Source of the DNA: Calditrichia bacterium | Lineage (GTDB): Bacteria > Calditrichota > Calditrichia > RBG-13-44-9 | Length of the DNA: 40,018 nt | Assembly (NCBI GenBank): GCA_037381445.1 | Contig: JARRQT010000012.1 | Span: 1 to 40,018, forward strand | Direction: 5' to 3' | Shown here: positions 19,136 through 28,565 of the stretch, one piece after another | Numbering within the stretch: the first letter of the stretch is position 1 | How the letters are laid out: every line of letters starts with the position of its first letter | Program-made: the position numbers and the translations under genes | Notes under the pieces: model-generated | What the model saw: only the letters and a program-made list of their open reading frames with translations | What the model was told of the DNA's origin: nothing | Database searches by the model: none

Positions 19136-22100
19136 ATGAAAAAATTATTTACGATTTTGTTTTTAATAATGTGCTTATTCGCTTCCGCAGTGCTCGGCGG
19201 AACTACAGGAAAAGTGGTGGGAAGGGTCACTGATAATAATACCGGTGAGCCCTTAATTGGCGTTAATATCTCACTTGAGGGAACTGTTTTAGGCGCCGCT
19301 ACTGATCAGGACGGTTTCTTCATCATATTGAATGTTCCTCCTGCTCAATATACGCTAAAGGCGGATTACATCGGATATGCGCCTTCTATTGTTAAAAATA
19401 TGGAAGTCAAGATCGATCTGACCACTGAGATTAACATCAAAATGAAGGAGGCGTATATAGAGGCTGAAGCGGTGGTGGTTGAAGCCAAACGACCCATCGT
19501 TACCAAAGATATTTCCAACAGCCAGATGAATATTGAAGCGAAAGCCATTGAAACCCTCCCGGTGCAGCGGCTGGAGACAGTCCTCTCTTTACAGGCCGGA
19601 ATTGAAATGGGAACACAGGGGATTATCGTTCGGCGCGGAGATCCCAATCAAACAGTTATGATGCTAGATGGATTTTCCCTGAATGATGAACGCTCCAACG
19701 TGCCCTATACCGCCATGAGTCTGAGCGCTGTGGAAGAAATAAAAATACAGACCGGCGGTTTCAATGCTGAATATGGCGATATGCGCTCCGGTTTGATCAA
19801 TGTGGTTACCAAGGAAGGGAGCCGTGACAGTTATAACGGATCGTTGGTGTTCAATTACAGTCCGGTGGCCCAGAAACATTTGGGTCCTTCCCTCTACGAT
19901 CCGTATTCCTATTTTAACCGGCCTTTTATGGATCCGGCAGTTTGCTGGACGGGTACCGCCAATGGTGCCTGGGATGACAATATGCGCAAGCAGTATCCCA
20001 ATTTTGAGGGCTGGAATGCTGTCTCCGAAAATACCCTTCAGGACAAAGACCCCAATAACGATTTGACCCCGGAGGGTGCCAAGCGTCTGTTCGAATGGCA
20101 GCGCAGGAGACAGGGCGATATAGCCAAACCTGATTTTGTCATCGACGGTTCCTTCGGCGGGCCTGTACCTTTTGTCGGGAAAAGTCTGGGAAACCTGCGC
20201 TTCTATTTCACCCACTATCGCGAACAGAATATGTTTGTATTCCCGCTTTCCCGCGATGGCTACACGGAGAATCAAACCCAATTAAAACTAACCACAGACC
20301 TTTCATCCAAGATGAAGCTGCTGATCACATCATTCTACGGTGATGTCCGATCGGTATCTCCCTACAACTGGACCACGACTCCCACCGGCCGGGTATTGAA
20401 GGGCGTTGAAGAGGTAGCCGATCTGGCAAATGACGCCGAAGTAATTTACACTCCCGGGTATTACAGCCCCTCCAACATTTACAGGACAATGTTTGGATTG
20501 AAACTTACCCATGTGCTGAATCCGAAGACCTTTTATGAAGCGGATATTCAATTCAAGCGCAGCAAATATAATACGTTCCAGACCGGTTTGCGGGATACTT
20601 CCCTTCTTTATGAACCGGTGCCGGGATATTTTGTGGATGAGGCGCCTTATGGCTACTGGGGATACAGTTCCAGCGGCGTCGATGGTATGAGCCTGGGCGG
20701 TTGGATGAACCTGGGGAGAGACAAGAGCATCAACTCAACTTACAGTGCTGAATTCGGCTTGACCCGGCAATTCAGGAATAAAAATGAAGTAAAGACCGGT
20801 TTTAAAATTGTCTATAATGATTTCAATATTGATTCCGGGACGGAAAGCCCTTCCATGTCTACCTGGCGGCGAAGCATGATTTACCGGGTCAATCCCTTCC
20901 GTATCGGCGCCTATATCCAGGATAAGCTCGAATTCGAAGGCTTTATTGCCAATATGGGCATTCGTCTGGACTATTCCGATGCCAATGCGCCTTATTACCA
21001 GCTGGATACCTACGATCCCCTTTACAAATCCGGTAATGGAAATGATCTGGAGACGCTGGCACCTGCCACAAATTCAAAAGCCGACTGGTATATCAGTCCG
21101 CGTCTCGGAGTATCTCATCCCATCACCGAGAACTCAAAACTCTATTTTAATTATGGACACTTCTTGTCCGAGGCCAGTTCGGATTATCGTTTCCGAATTC
21201 AGCGGGAATCAAACGGGCTGGTTACCCTGTTGGGAAACCGCGATCTTGAACTGGAAAAGACAATTGCCTATGAAATTGGATATGAACATAGCTTATGGAA
21301 TCTTTTCCTGCTGAAACTGGCCGCCTATTACAAGGATGTTACAAATCAGCCGGGATGGATCTCATATCGGAATATTAATGGAACGGTTCAGTATAGCACT
21401 GCCGCCAATAACAATTATGCAGATATCCGGGGTCTGGAAATTACCCTTGATAAACGAATGGGCAACTGGATCAGCGGTTTTGTGAATTATACCTACGATG
21501 TAAGAACATCGGGTTATTTCGGTCTGCTCGAATATTATGAAAATCCCAACAGCATGAAGGAATACCTTCGCCAGAATCCGACGCTGGAGAGACCACGGCC
21601 TCAGCCTTACGCGCGGGCCAATATCATGGTCAGGTCGCCCTCAAAATTTGGGCCGGCAATGGCAGGTTTTCATCCCCTGCAAAACTGGATAGTGAATATT
21701 CTGGCTTTCTGGAAGGCGGGGGCCTATTACACTTACAATCCATATGCGGAACCGGATATTGTGGATAATGTGCGCTTCAGGGACTATAACAATGTCGATC
21801 TTCGTATCGCCAAGGATATTAAAATAAGCCGGTACAGCGTTCAGGTGTATGCGGACATCCGGAATCTGTTTAACACAAAACATTTTAGTTTTGCAGGTTT
21901 TGCCAACAATTATGACCGGGATGCCTACCTAGAATCCCTGCGTTTGCCCTGGAAAAGCGGTGACCAGAAAGGGAATGATAAGATTGGTGATGTGAGACCG
22001 TCAGGTGTGGCATTTGATCCGCTTGAACCGAATCCCAATAACGATCCGCAAATAGCAGCGCGAAATAAGGACAGAATCAGTAAGAAATCCTATATCGATA

Positions 22101-22171
22101 TGCCCAATATCCAGGCATTGACTTTTTTGAATCCCAGAGATGTGTTCTTTGGAATCAAGATTAATTTTTAA
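19136..22171 (+). CDS. TonB-dependent receptor 2 (paralog of 11849..15022)
   Basis: Likely start is MKKLFTIL (ATG 19136). Motifs GTTGKVVG, GGFNAEYG..RSGLINVVTK, SPRLGVSHPITENSKLYFNYGHF and C-terminal NPRDVFFGIKINF. Confidence 0.93.
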   Translation: MKKLFTILFLIMCLFASAVLGGTTGKVVGRVTDNNTGEPLIGVNISLEGTVLGAATDQDGFFIILNVPPAQYTLKADYIGYAPSIVKNMEVKIDLTTEINIKMKEAYIEAEAVVVEAKRPIVTKDISNSQMNIEAKAIETLPVQRLETVLSLQAGIEMGTQGIIVRRGDPNQTVMMLDGFSLNDERSNVPYTAMSLSAVEEIKIQTGGFNAEYGDMRSGLINVVTKEGSRDSYNGSLVFNYSPVAQKHLGPSLYDPYSYFNRPFMDPAVCWTGTANGAWDDNMRKQYPNFEGWNAVSENTLQDKDPNNDLTPEGAKRLFEWQRRRQGDIAKPDFVIDGSFGGPVPFVGKSLGNLRFYFTHYREQNMFVFPLSRDGYTENQTQLKLTTDLSSKMKLLITSFYGDVRSVSPYNWTTTPTGRVLKGVEEVADLANDAEVIYTPGYYSPSNIYRTMFGLKLTHVLNPKTFYEADIQFKRSKYNTFQTGLRDTSLLYEPVPGYFVDEAPYGYWGYSSSGVDGMSLGGWMNLGRDKSINSTYSAEFGLTRQFRNKNEVKTGFKIVYNDFNIDSGTESPSMSTWRRSMIYRVNPFRIGAYIQDKLEFEGFIANMGIRLDYSDANAPYYQLDTYDPLYKSGNGNDLETLAPATNSKADWYISPRLGVSHPITENSKLYFNYGHFLSEASSDYRFRIQRESNGLVTLLGNRDLELEKTIAYEIGYEHSLWNLFLLKLAAYYKDVTNQPGWISYRNINGTVQYSTAANNNYADIRGLEITLDKRMGNWISGFVNYTYDVRTSGYFGLLEYYENPNSMKEYLRQNPTLERPRPQPYARANIMVRSPSKFGPAMAGFHPLQNWIVNILAFWKAGAYYTYNPYAEPDIVDNVRFRDYNNVDLRIAKDIKISRYSVQVYADIRNLFNTKHFSFAGFANNYDRDAYLESLRLPWKSGDQKGNDKIGDVRPSGVAFDPLEPNPNNDPQIAARNKDRISKKSYIDMPNIQALTFLNPRDVFFGIKINF

Positions 22172-22181
22172 GGATATCACT

Positions 22182-24353
22182 ATGAAAATTTCGATCAGCG
22201 TGTTAAAAAATAGTCTGATTTTTGGATTAGTAATCAGTTTTTTCGTCCTCAACAATACCTTTTCCCAGGTTCAGAGCACGGACAGGCGGTATGTGCGGGT
22301 TGGTTCACTCCAGAATCACTATTCAGCCTACGGTTCGGAACGGGCCTGGAATAACTCATATTATGAAGGTCTTATCTGGCCCGCGGACTATTTATATCAG
22401 GATAACGCCGTCATTAAACGATCGTGGATCGGAACCAAAGACTACACTGATCAGGACGGTTTGTACTGGGAAGCATATGGAATCAGCATTACGGAGGGAT
22501 TTGTGGGCGAATCCGTATTCCCCGTTAAATTAAAGCAAACCGCAAAATTTGAACTTCCCACCGTAATTGTCGATGGGAGCAACATAACCGCGCCTTATAT
22601 GGCCGATGTGGATGAAATTGATCCCAACCAGATTCCGGACCGGATTGTGACCAATATTATCAATACCTCCATGGGATTGACGATGAATCGCACCATATAT
22701 GCATTCAGCCAGCAATACCACGATAATTATCATATTAAGATTTTCACCTTTACCAACACTGGCAACACGGATTATGACGATGAGATTGAACGGCATGGTC
22801 CTTTATACGGTGTCAGGGTTGGATGGGGAATTCGCTACAGTGTCAGCCGTGAAGGATCTTTCGCAATCGGGGGGCCGCAGTCATGGGGAAAACACACCTG
22901 GGTCAGCCGCCGGGGTGAAGATTATGCGGATCACATGGATGAGCAGATTACGCCGGATAATCCAATTGTGGACTGGATTCGCTGCGGATTCGCCTGGGCC
23001 GGGCAGTCAGAAGATAACGCCTTCGATAATGTGGGCGGCCCCTATCTCTCACGGGACGGAAGATTGACCGCGCCCCAGCATGCCGGAATAGCTGTGCTGC
23101 ACGTGGATAAAAGCGCCGCGGACCATTCCGATGACCCTGCTCAGCCCGTTACGCTGGGCTGGCATGCCGGTGACACATATCCGGGAATGAATACGGTTTC
23201 CCGGGCCGAGCTGCCTAAAATGATACAGCTCTATTCAATGCTGAGCGGAATTCCTTTCGATGGATTGGGCGGAAATGAGCGGTTCTGGGAAACCTACAAG
23301 GATCAGAAAAAGGATCCTTACCTGGTGCATAATGATGGCGGCGGAACAAACTTGTGGATCAATTACGGTCCCTTTGACCTGGAGGAGGGGGAGAGCGTTG
23401 TTATTGTGGAGGCTGAAGGCATAAGCGGTTTAGACAGGCAAATGTGTGAAGAAATCGGACGCCGCTGGAAGAAAGCATACCTCGATCCGAATGACAAGGG
23501 ACCGTTCACTCTGCCAGACGGATCTACCACCACGGACAAGGACAAATATAAAGATGAGTGGGTTTACACCGGCCGGGATTCCATCCTTTTAACATTCAGC
23601 CGGGCCATGCGCAATTTTGATATGGATTTTCAGATTCCCCAACCGCCCCAGCCGCCGGCTATGTTTCAGGTGAATTCAGGAGGAGACATGATTAGCCTGA
23701 CCTGGGCTGCAAGTCCTTCCGAGTCAGAACCTGGTTTTGGGGGCTACAAAATCTACCGCGCCGAAGGAAAGTCGGATACCACCTATAAGGAGATCTTTGC
23801 CTGCGGTTACGGAACAAAGAATCCGACAATTGTGCATGAGGTTGCCGATGTGAGTGCCGTGCGGGGAGTGTCCTATTATTATTATATTGTCTCGTTTAAT
23901 GATGGCTCGAATAACAATACCGATGCGAATCCTCATGGAATTCTTCACAGCAGCCGCTTTTATACCCGCACCACCGAACCGGCTTATTTGCGCCGTCCCG
24001 GACATGATATTCTGAAAGATGTAAGGATAGTCCCGAATCCATTTTATTATAATGCCGATCGTGATCGGCTACGGTTCCTCGGAGAAGCGGACAAGATCAT
24101 GTTTTATAATATTCCCGGGCGCTGTAAGATTAAAATCTATACCGAGCGCGGAGATTTGATTGAAACGATCGTCCATGAGGATGGCAGCGGAGACCAGGCC
24201 TGGAACGCCCTCACGTCCTCACGGCAGGTAGTGGTGAGCGGAATATATATTGCCTATATAGAAGTGACGAATGATATCATCGACAACACCACTGGCCAAA
24301 TACTCCTGAGAAAAGGCGAATCGGTCACCAAGAAATTTATTGTGATAAGATGA
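22182..24353 (+). CDS. Secreted protein A2 (paralog of A1): unknown N-domain, FN3-like domain and variant CTD
   Basis: AGGA RBS before ATG 22182. It shares GSL.N.YS..G.E, GLIWPA...YQD, FTNTGNTD.D.EIE, SSRF.T, VPNPF, FxNIPG.C.IKIYTE.G and KF.VIR with A1. Confidence 0.8.
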   Translation: MKISISVLKNSLIFGLVISFFVLNNTFSQVQSTDRRYVRVGSLQNHYSAYGSERAWNNSYYEGLIWPADYLYQDNAVIKRSWIGTKDYTDQDGLYWEAYGISITEGFVGESVFPVKLKQTAKFELPTVIVDGSNITAPYMADVDEIDPNQIPDRIVTNIINTSMGLTMNRTIYAFSQQYHDNYHIKIFTFTNTGNTDYDDEIERHGPLYGVRVGWGIRYSVSREGSFAIGGPQSWGKHTWVSRRGEDYADHMDEQITPDNPIVDWIRCGFAWAGQSEDNAFDNVGGPYLSRDGRLTAPQHAGIAVLHVDKSAADHSDDPAQPVTLGWHAGDTYPGMNTVSRAELPKMIQLYSMLSGIPFDGLGGNERFWETYKDQKKDPYLVHNDGGGTNLWINYGPFDLEEGESVVIVEAEGISGLDRQMCEEIGRRWKKAYLDPNDKGPFTLPDGSTTTDKDKYKDEWVYTGRDSILLTFSRAMRNFDMDFQIPQPPQPPAMFQVNSGGDMISLTWAASPSESEPGFGGYKIYRAEGKSDTTYKEIFACGYGTKNPTIVHEVADVSAVRGVSYYYYIVSFNDGSNNNTDANPHGILHSSRFYTRTTEPAYLRRPGHDILKDVRIVPNPFYYNADRDRLRFLGEADKIMFYNIPGRCKIKIYTERGDLIETIVHEDGSGDQAWNALTSSRQVVVSGIYIAYIEVTNDIIDNTTGQILLRKGESVTKKFIVIR

Positions 24354-24405
24354 TTTTTCTGTTCATAAAAAAGAATAAGGAAGAAAAGCCATATTGGAGT
24401 AACAA

Positions 24406-25413
24406 ATGAATCGAAAAATACCAAATTTCATGAAAATTTTATTGTTGGGGATTATTCTGCTATCTCAGCTTCATGCGGAGGATAAACTAGCCCAGACCGG
24501 TTTTCAATTTTTAAGCGTTATGCCGGATGCCCGTTCTGCGGCTTTGATGGGCGCCGTTGCCATGACGCCCGGCTATTATTCGACTGCGCTGTGGACCAAT
24601 CCCTCCTACCTGGCTGATATGAACACGAAACTGGAAATTATGGCAAACCAGGCGGAATGGATCGCTGATATTAACTACTACTCAATGACGACAGCCTTCC
24701 TTCCCGCCAATGGTCGTTACGGAGTTCTGGGACTTAGCATGCTGTATGTGGATTACGGAAATATCGAAGGAACAATTATCGCCGAGAATGAACTTGGCTA
24801 TCTCGAGATGAACGAACCCATTAAGCCCTCTGCTTATGCCGTGGGGCTGGGCTATGCGATCCGGTTGTCAGACCGTTTCACTGTTGGGGGACAGATCAAA
24901 CTGACTGATCAAAATCTGGGTCCGGCAGTAAGATCCCTTTCAGATGCCGGGAATGATCAGAATGTGGATAACAATGAGGTCTCCGTACTCGCTTTCGATC
25001 TGGGAACACAGTATAAAACCGGTTTGAAGAGCCTTGTTTTCAGCATGTCGGTGCGTAATTTCTCAAGGGAAGTGAAATACGCCATGGAAGGATTTCAGCT
25101 GCCATTGACGTTCAACATCGGCATATCCATGAATCTGCTCGACCTGTATCCCGGCGCATCCGGCACACATAGCCTTGTCCTGGCCGCCGATGCCGCGCAC
25201 CCGCGTTCTTATCCCGAATTTGTGCAGTTGGGCGCTGAATACAGCTTCCTGAGCACTTTCTTTCTGAGAATCGGCTATATGTCAAACCGGGCTGAAGAAG
25301 ACTTCTCCTACGGCTTCGGCTTCAGAAAATTTGGGCTGGGCGTTGATTATGCATATACACCTTTTGGTGTTTTTGATAATGTTCAGAGATTTTCAATAAA
25401 TTTTTCCTTTTGA
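24406..25413 (+). CDS. PorV/PorQ-like outer-membrane beta-barrel 2
   Basis: GGAG RBS; KLAQTGFQFLSVMPDARSAA...WTNP; FQLPLTF shared with barrel 1; terminal FSF. Confidence 0.87.
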   Translation: MNRKIPNFMKILLLGIILLSQLHAEDKLAQTGFQFLSVMPDARSAALMGAVAMTPGYYSTALWTNPSYLADMNTKLEIMANQAEWIADINYYSMTTAFLPANGRYGVLGLSMLYVDYGNIEGTIIAENELGYLEMNEPIKPSAYAVGLGYAIRLSDRFTVGGQIKLTDQNLGPAVRSLSDAGNDQNVDNNEVSVLAFDLGTQYKTGLKSLVFSMSVRNFSREVKYAMEGFQLPLTFNIGISMNLLDLYPGASGTHSLVLAADAAHPRSYPEFVQLGAEYSFLSTFFLRIGYMSNRAEEDFSYGFGFRKFGLGVDYAYTPFGVFDNVQRFSINFSF

Positions 25414-25440
25414 CATTGGAAAGTTAATGGGAGTAACATA

Positions 25441-26712
25441 ATGAAAAAGCATTATTTAATTCGTTTATTCATGGTTGTTTTGGTTAGTATGTTTTTCATG
25501 CAGTGCGCTGAAGACCCGCAAAAAAGTCTGTATGAACTGGATCCCACTTATTCTCAGAAACCGGATCCGATCATCACCAAAGTGGAACCGGCGGCGGGAG
25601 CATATGCCGGCATCAGTGAGGTAACCATAACAGGCACCAATTTCGATCCCAGCGAAAATTATAGTCATACGCGGGTCTATTTCGGCGGGAAAAAGGCGCA
25701 GATCAATTCAATGACCTCCGACGAGATAATATGCATCGCGCCTGTGATTGCCGGGGATTCCCTGCTCGTTAAAGTCCAGGTAGATGGAGCAACCTTATTC
25801 GGTGTGTCCGAACCTTATAAACTGGAATATGCACAAAAAGACTACGGCGGCATAACCGGGGCATTTAATGCGTACGGATTGGCTGTGGACCTCGATGAAA
25901 ATTTGTATGTTTCCCTTGGAGAAGGCAAAATTCTGAAAGTGACACCTGAGGAAGAGCAGATTGACTATTTGACCTCAGAACAGGGCGTTGACGGGTTTTA
26001 TAAAGCCATGAAAATGGGTCCCAACAAAACACTGTTTACGGCCCGGACCGTTTTTATTTACCAGTTTCCCGAGGGCGGCACCGGGACCCGTGCCCGCATG
26101 ACAAAATCAATTAATGATTTTGATTTTGATGAAAATCTAAACATTTTCTATGCCACAAAGTTTGCCGTTTACACCCTGCCTTCCCAGAATCTGGCTGACA
26201 AAATTGACCGGCTGGTGGCGGATTATCCTGACTATATCCTGAATGCACTGCGCGTTTATAATGGTTATGTCTACGTCGCGGGATCCTATAATGGCACCAG
26301 TGCGGACTCGGTCCAGAAGGGGGTTTGGCGCAATCAGATCCTGAACAGCACCGGTGATCTGGGGCCTAAGGAACTGGTGTTCGACTGGGAAAGCTATTTT
26401 GGGGCGGCAACTGTCGGTATTCCAAACATTCTATCCATGACCTTCGCAGAGGATGGAGATTTATATCTGGGTGCTGATTCTACCCTGATCTCCGACGCTA
26501 TTATGGCTATCCATCCAAACGGCAGCGGTCAATATCTTCCTGAGAATGCCGAACCGCTGTTTCCCGCGGTTTTGATGCCGCCAGCTACAACTTTGTGCTG
26601 GGGGGCAGGGCAGTATCTGTATGTCAATCGCAGAAATGTCAGTGATGACCTCAAAAGGGTCGTAAGAGTCACCATGGGTAAAAATTCTGCTCCATATTAT
26701 GGAAGGAGATAA
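25441..26712 (+). CDS. IPT/TIG-domain lipoprotein with C-terminal beta-propeller (surface glycan-binding-like)
   Basis: Lipobox FFMQ-C; IPT/TIG segment PIITKVEP...VTITGTNF...VYFGG; NHL-like repeats (YGLAVDLDENLYV). Confidence 0.8.
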   Translation: MKKHYLIRLFMVVLVSMFFMQCAEDPQKSLYELDPTYSQKPDPIITKVEPAAGAYAGISEVTITGTNFDPSENYSHTRVYFGGKKAQINSMTSDEIICIAPVIAGDSLLVKVQVDGATLFGVSEPYKLEYAQKDYGGITGAFNAYGLAVDLDENLYVSLGEGKILKVTPEEEQIDYLTSEQGVDGFYKAMKMGPNKTLFTARTVFIYQFPEGGTGTRARMTKSINDFDFDENLNIFYATKFAVYTLPSQNLADKIDRLVADYPDYILNALRVYNGYVYVAGSYNGTSADSVQKGVWRNQILNSTGDLGPKELVFDWESYFGAATVGIPNILSMTFAEDGDLYLGADSTLISDAIMAIHPNGSGQYLPENAEPLFPAVLMPPATTLCWGAGQYLYVNRRNVSDDLKRVVRVTMGKNSAPYYGRR

Positions 26713-26823
26713 TTTTAATGCTGATGACTTATAAGAATGCTTCAAATGAAAGGAGGTGGTTGAGTTCAGGTGAAATCTTTTTGTTTGACTAAATAAATCC
26801 ATTAATTAAACAAGGAGCGCATT

Positions 26824-28287
26824 ATGAAAAAATTGTTTCTGGTTTTACTAATTGTTACAGTGATGGTTAGTCTTGGCTTCACGCAGCAAAAGGTTTACAA
26901 TTTTGAGAGCCTTATCATTAACGGCTATACAATTGCCACGGATGAGGGCGCCGCTGCCGTTAATGTTCCCGGCTTTAAAAATGCCTATTCTGTTGCTCTG
27001 GATCCTGATGGGAAAATATGGACCGGATCCTATTACTCACGGGTGGATGAGTTTACGAAGGAATATCCCGATTTAATCCTGAAAATTGTGGAAAAAGATA
27101 CCGGAACCGGCCCCTATCAGGATACTACCGAATATTATATTAAGCCCATATTCACATGGGACCCGGCGACCCAAACGGCCGACACTATCAGCTTCCTGAA
27201 CTTGCCGGATGGTTCTATTGATACCTTGACAGCCGGTCACCGCGGAATGGGTACCGATCCGGATGGGAATATTATCGCCTCTTTTGCTAATGGAGCCGTC
27301 TACAAGATTAATTATCAGACCCATGATGTCATTGCTAAATATGAAACCGGTGGAAGCAACGGACGGCCCGGTGTGGATGCGGAAGGTTATGTGTATCAGA
27401 TGGATGGTGTATTCGCAACCCGCATAGATATTCTGGACCCTGATGACTGGAGCTCACCTTTTAACCAGATTACCGGCATCTCCGCCGGCGTGACCCGCTG
27501 TATGGAAGTCTCGCCTGATGGACAAAATGTCTATGTCTGTTCGCAGAGCGGCGGAATCCATCACTATTATAGTGCGGATGGTGTCTATGGAACATATGCA
27601 TTGGTGGATACAATTTTGGCCTCGGTTCAGATTGATGACACCACCGAAGTCCCATTTGCCACCAACCTGGCTCAGTGGTCTCCCGATGGTCTGTTATTGG
27701 TAGCCAGCTATGATGACGTTAATTTCAGAGCCATTTATGCGCTCGATCCGGACCAGGACTATCGCATTGTCAGTCTTGAGCGTGAGCCTGCAGCCACCTC
27801 CATTCCCAATATGCAATTCTGGAACAACACAGATTTGCAGGATACCACGTCGGGAAATTATCCCAAGCCGCAATATTTGCGCTGTGTCCGCGATGCTGCT
27901 TTTGACGCAACCACCGGATCTTTGTATCTTGCTGAATTTTATGGCTATGGCGTAAAAAAGTTCGACCTGAATCCGAATGGTATTAATGGCATTGCGCCTG
28001 GGCAGGATAAGAAAGAAGTTGCCGGTACTTTCACCCTCTACCGCAATTATCCCAATCCGTTCAACCCCACGACCACCATTCCCTTTGAGCTGCGCAAGAG
28101 CGCGGATGTGGTGTTAAGGGTGTACGATGTGCGCGGAAGCCTGGTTGGAACCTATATTAACAAGCGCCTGGAAGCCGGAAGGCATGAATTCAAATTCAAT
28201 GGCAGCAATCTGGCCTCAGGTCAATACTACTTCAAACTGACGGTCGATCATGCAGTTGCCACCGGCAAGATGATGCTGGTGAAGTAG
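26824..28287 (+). CDS. T9SS type A CTD protein with beta-propeller, function unknown
   Basis: AAGGAG RBS; signal peptide; repeats such as VALDPDGKIW and EVSPDGQNVYV; CTD NYPNPFNPTT...LASGQYYF...KMMLVK. Confidence 0.8.
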   Translation: MKKLFLVLLIVTVMVSLGFTQQKVYNFESLIINGYTIATDEGAAAVNVPGFKNAYSVALDPDGKIWTGSYYSRVDEFTKEYPDLILKIVEKDTGTGPYQDTTEYYIKPIFTWDPATQTADTISFLNLPDGSIDTLTAGHRGMGTDPDGNIIASFANGAVYKINYQTHDVIAKYETGGSNGRPGVDAEGYVYQMDGVFATRIDILDPDDWSSPFNQITGISAGVTRCMEVSPDGQNVYVCSQSGGIHHYYSADGVYGTYALVDTILASVQIDDTTEVPFATNLAQWSPDGLLLVASYDDVNFRAIYALDPDQDYRIVSLEREPAATSIPNMQFWNNTDLQDTTSGNYPKPQYLRCVRDAAFDATTGSLYLAEFYGYGVKKFDLNPNGINGIAPGQDKKEVAGTFTLYRNYPNPFNPTTTIPFELRKSADVVLRVYDVRGSLVGTYINKRLEAGRHEFKFNGSNLASGQYYFKLTVDHAVATGKMMLVK

Positions 28288-28303
28288 CATATTTGAGTAT
28301 GGG

Positions 28304-28342
28304 AATAAAGGCCGGAAGTTCTCTGATCCGGCCTTTATTTTT
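28304..28342 (+). terminator. Rho-independent terminator
   Basis: Perfect 13-bp stem AATAAAGGCCGGA / TCCGGCCTTTATT with a 10-nt loop, ending in a T-run, 16 nt after the stop codon. Confidence 0.88.
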
Positions 28343-28429
28343 AATTTGAACATCTGTGTCTTTTATAACTGCTTGGATTGTTTTTTTCTGATTTTCATGG
28401 CAGCGTAGGCATTTGTGCCGAAATAAAAG

Positions 28430-28470
28430 ACTGCAAAATATTGCAGTAGCCTTAAATTAAACAGTATAAT
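28430..28470 (+). promoter_or_regulatory. Putative sigma70 promoter with a palindromic operator over the -35 box
   Basis: TTGCAG (28441-46), 18 bp spacer, TATAAT (28465-70). The near-perfect palindrome ACTGCAAAATATTGCAGT spans 28430-28447. Confidence 0.55.
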
Positions 28471-28565
28471 ATGGAAGTCGCTGATTTTTTTCTGCTAAAC
28501 CAGAAGTTGTATCGGATCGGGAAATTTGGCGTCAATCATCTTATTCTTTTCATGGAGTAATCATC

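Noticed and set aside
11849..25413. Recent duplication or misassembled repeat
   Set aside because: The two modules are clearly diverged at protein and DNA level, indicating old paralogy.
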